Of a DNA stretch of 32,000 bases, positions 30,661-32,000 are shown piece by piece. The notes under the pieces are model-generated. The model saw only the letters and a program-made list of their open reading frames with translations. It ran no database searches and had not been told where the DNA came from. The DNA comes from Burkholderiales bacterium GJ-E10 (GTDB lineage: Bacteria > Pseudomonadota > Gammaproteobacteria > Burkholderiales > Burkholderiaceae_F): the NCBI GenBank assembly GCA_000828975.1, contig AP014683.1, positions 1,537,700 through 1,569,699 of the forward strand, in the 5' to 3' direction. Position 1 is the stretch's first letter. The number at the start of each line of letters is the position of its first letter. The position numbers and the translations under genes were made by a program.

Positions 30661-30761
30661 AGCAACCCGATTCCCCGCCCGCCGGACCGACCGAATCCAC
30701 CGGTCTTTCCGCCTTGGCAGGGGAACCGCCGCCGAGGCGGTCCAAAGACGAATTTTACCTC

Positions 30762-31610
30762 ATGACTGCAGACGAATACTGCCGGCAGATGGCCGGGGCA
30801 AGCGGATCCAGCCTCCACTACAGCCTGTTGTTTCTTCCCGCACCTCGCCGCCGCGCAGTCGTGGCCCTGCACGCCTATTGGCAGCAGTTGCGCGAGGCCG
30901 CCGACGGCACTTCCGATCCTTCGGTCGCCGGCGCCCAACTCGCGTGGTGGCATGACGAAGTGGACCGGCTGGTTGCCGGAACCCCCCAACACCCGGTCAC
31001 CCAGGCGCTCGCGTCGCACCGGGACATCGGCGGCATCACCCGGCAGGGAATGCTCCAGGTCCTCGACGGCATGCGCATGGTCGTCGGTCCGGCGCGGTTT
31101 GCCGACGCTGAGGCACTGGCCCGCCATTGCCGCCTTGCGGCCGGATCGATCGCCGAGATGACGGTCGGCCTGTGTGGTATGCGCGAACCAGCGACCGCCG
31201 ACTACGCCCGCGCCCTGGGGGAAGGGCTGCAGATCGTCCACATCCTGCGCGAACTCGGCGAGGATGCACGCCGCGGCCGCATCCGCCTTCCGCTCGACGA
31301 TCTCCAACGTTTCGGTGTCGCCCCGGCCGACATTCTCGCCGGGCAGTACGTCGACGGGTTCCTGCCGCTGATGCGCCGCGAGGCACGGCGGGCACGCGAT
31401 GCATTCGCGGAGGCCGCTCGCCTCCTGCCGCCGGCTGATTCGCGCGCGCAGCAGCCCGGCCGGATCATGGCGGCAATCCATGCCGCGCTGCTCGACGAAC
31501 TCGAACGGGATGGCTTCCGCGTACTGCACCAGCGCGTCGCCCTCACCCCGCTGCGCAAGCTCGCCATTGCCTGGCGGACCCGGATGTTCACGCAAACGCG
31601 GACGCACTGA
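30762..31610 (+). CDS. Squalene/phytoene synthase family protein, HpnD-like, with a degenerate first Asp-rich motif
   Basis: 282 aa from ATG 30762. Family-typical SGSSLHYSLLFLP, GxxLQxxxILRExGEDARRGRIRLP and RVALTPLRK. The track start 30633 overlaps tRNA-Leu and is rejected. Confidence 0.8.
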   Translation: MTADEYCRQMAGASGSSLHYSLLFLPAPRRRAVVALHAYWQQLREAADGTSDPSVAGAQLAWWHDEVDRLVAGTPQHPVTQALASHRDIGGITRQGMLQVLDGMRMVVGPARFADAEALARHCRLAAGSIAEMTVGLCGMREPATADYARALGEGLQIVHILRELGEDARRGRIRLPLDDLQRFGVAPADILAGQYVDGFLPLMRREARRARDAFAEAARLLPPADSRAQQPGRIMAAIHAALLDELERDGFRVLHQRVALTPLRKLAIAWRTRMFTQTRTH

Positions 31611-32000
31611 TGCGGAACATGGCCACGGATGCCGCCAATTCGTCCGCCTGAGCCTGCAGGCTGCGCGCAGCGGCCGACCCTTGCTCGACCAGCCCCGCGT
31701 TCTGCTGTGTTACGCGATCGAGCTGCGCCACCGCCTGATTGACCTGGCCGATATCGCTATTCTGCTCCGCGCTCGCGCGCGCGACCTCGCCCAGGAGCTC
31801 GGTCACGCGCTGCACCTGCGCAACCAACTCGTGCAGGGTGTCCCGGGCAGCCGAAACCGTCTGCGCTCCCTTCTCGATCCTGCCGGTCGAATGCGAAATC
31901 AGGCACTTGATCTCCTGGGCCGCCTGTGCACAGCGTTGGGCAAGATTGCGCACCTCGGCGGCGACCACCGCGAATCCCCGGCCATGCGCGCCGGCGCGCG
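31588..32000 (-). CDS. Methyl-accepting chemotaxis protein, C-terminal signalling domain (5' part lies beyond window end)
   Basis: The frame stays open to the window edge: ...RAGAHGRGFAVVAAEVRNLAQRCAQAAQEIK..., the highly conserved MCP hairpin tip, followed by methylation-helix heptads. Confidence 0.85.
   Translation of the reverse strand, partial: RAGAHGRGFAVVAAEVRNLAQRCAQAAQEIKCLISHSTGRIEKGAQTVSAARDTLHELVAQVQRVTELLGEVARASAEQNSDIGQVNQAVAQLDRVTQQNAGLVEQGSAAARSLQAQADELAASVAMFRISASAFA

Noticed and set aside
30633-30761. Track start of the HpnD-like ORF at 30633, and the minus ORF 30536-30745.
   Set aside because: Both overlap tRNA-Leu (30576-30660). The conserved protein begins at MTADEY (30762).

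Overview
GC-rich proteobacterial chromosome. Gene content and order look betaproteobacterial, possibly a Thiobacillus- or Rhodocyclales-like autotroph, but that is inference. The window is almost entirely core housekeeping. On the minus strand unless noted: the 5' end of form I RuBisCO cbbL with divergent cbbR (+); an intact IS5-family element; msrB, clpB; thrC, hom and a class I aminotransferase (translationally coupled); Mth938-like and bcp (+); PIN-PhoH2 (+); dnaB; rplI-rpsR-priB-rpsF; a degenerate EAL/HDOD protein; an NAD(P)HX dehydratase (+); ppiD; a Cache-PAS-PAS-GGDEF diguanylate cyclase; tRNA-Asp, tRNA-Val, hupB, lon, clpX, clpP, tig; a 63-aa orphan ORF; tRNA-Leu; an HpnD-like squalene/phytoene-synthase homolog (+); and the 3' part of an MCP. 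I found no CRISPR array, prophage, defence island or convincing novel multi-gene system. The points most worth a second look are: (1) the IS sits exactly in a CTAA tetranucleotide that held the overlapping stop codons of convergent cbbR and msrB, and its target-site duplication restores both stops; (2) two lineage-specific insertions sit next to tRNA genes in the otherwise conserved tig-clpP-clpX-lon-hupB-ppiD block, namely the diguanylate cyclase with a cluster of short direct repeats, and the small Gly/Asp-rich ORF with a motif-rich 416-bp spacer; (3) an orphan HpnD-like gene has lost its first Asp-rich motif; (4) matching sigma32-type promoters lie upstream of clpB-msrB and lon. The long antisense ORFs in the track are GC-content artefacts.
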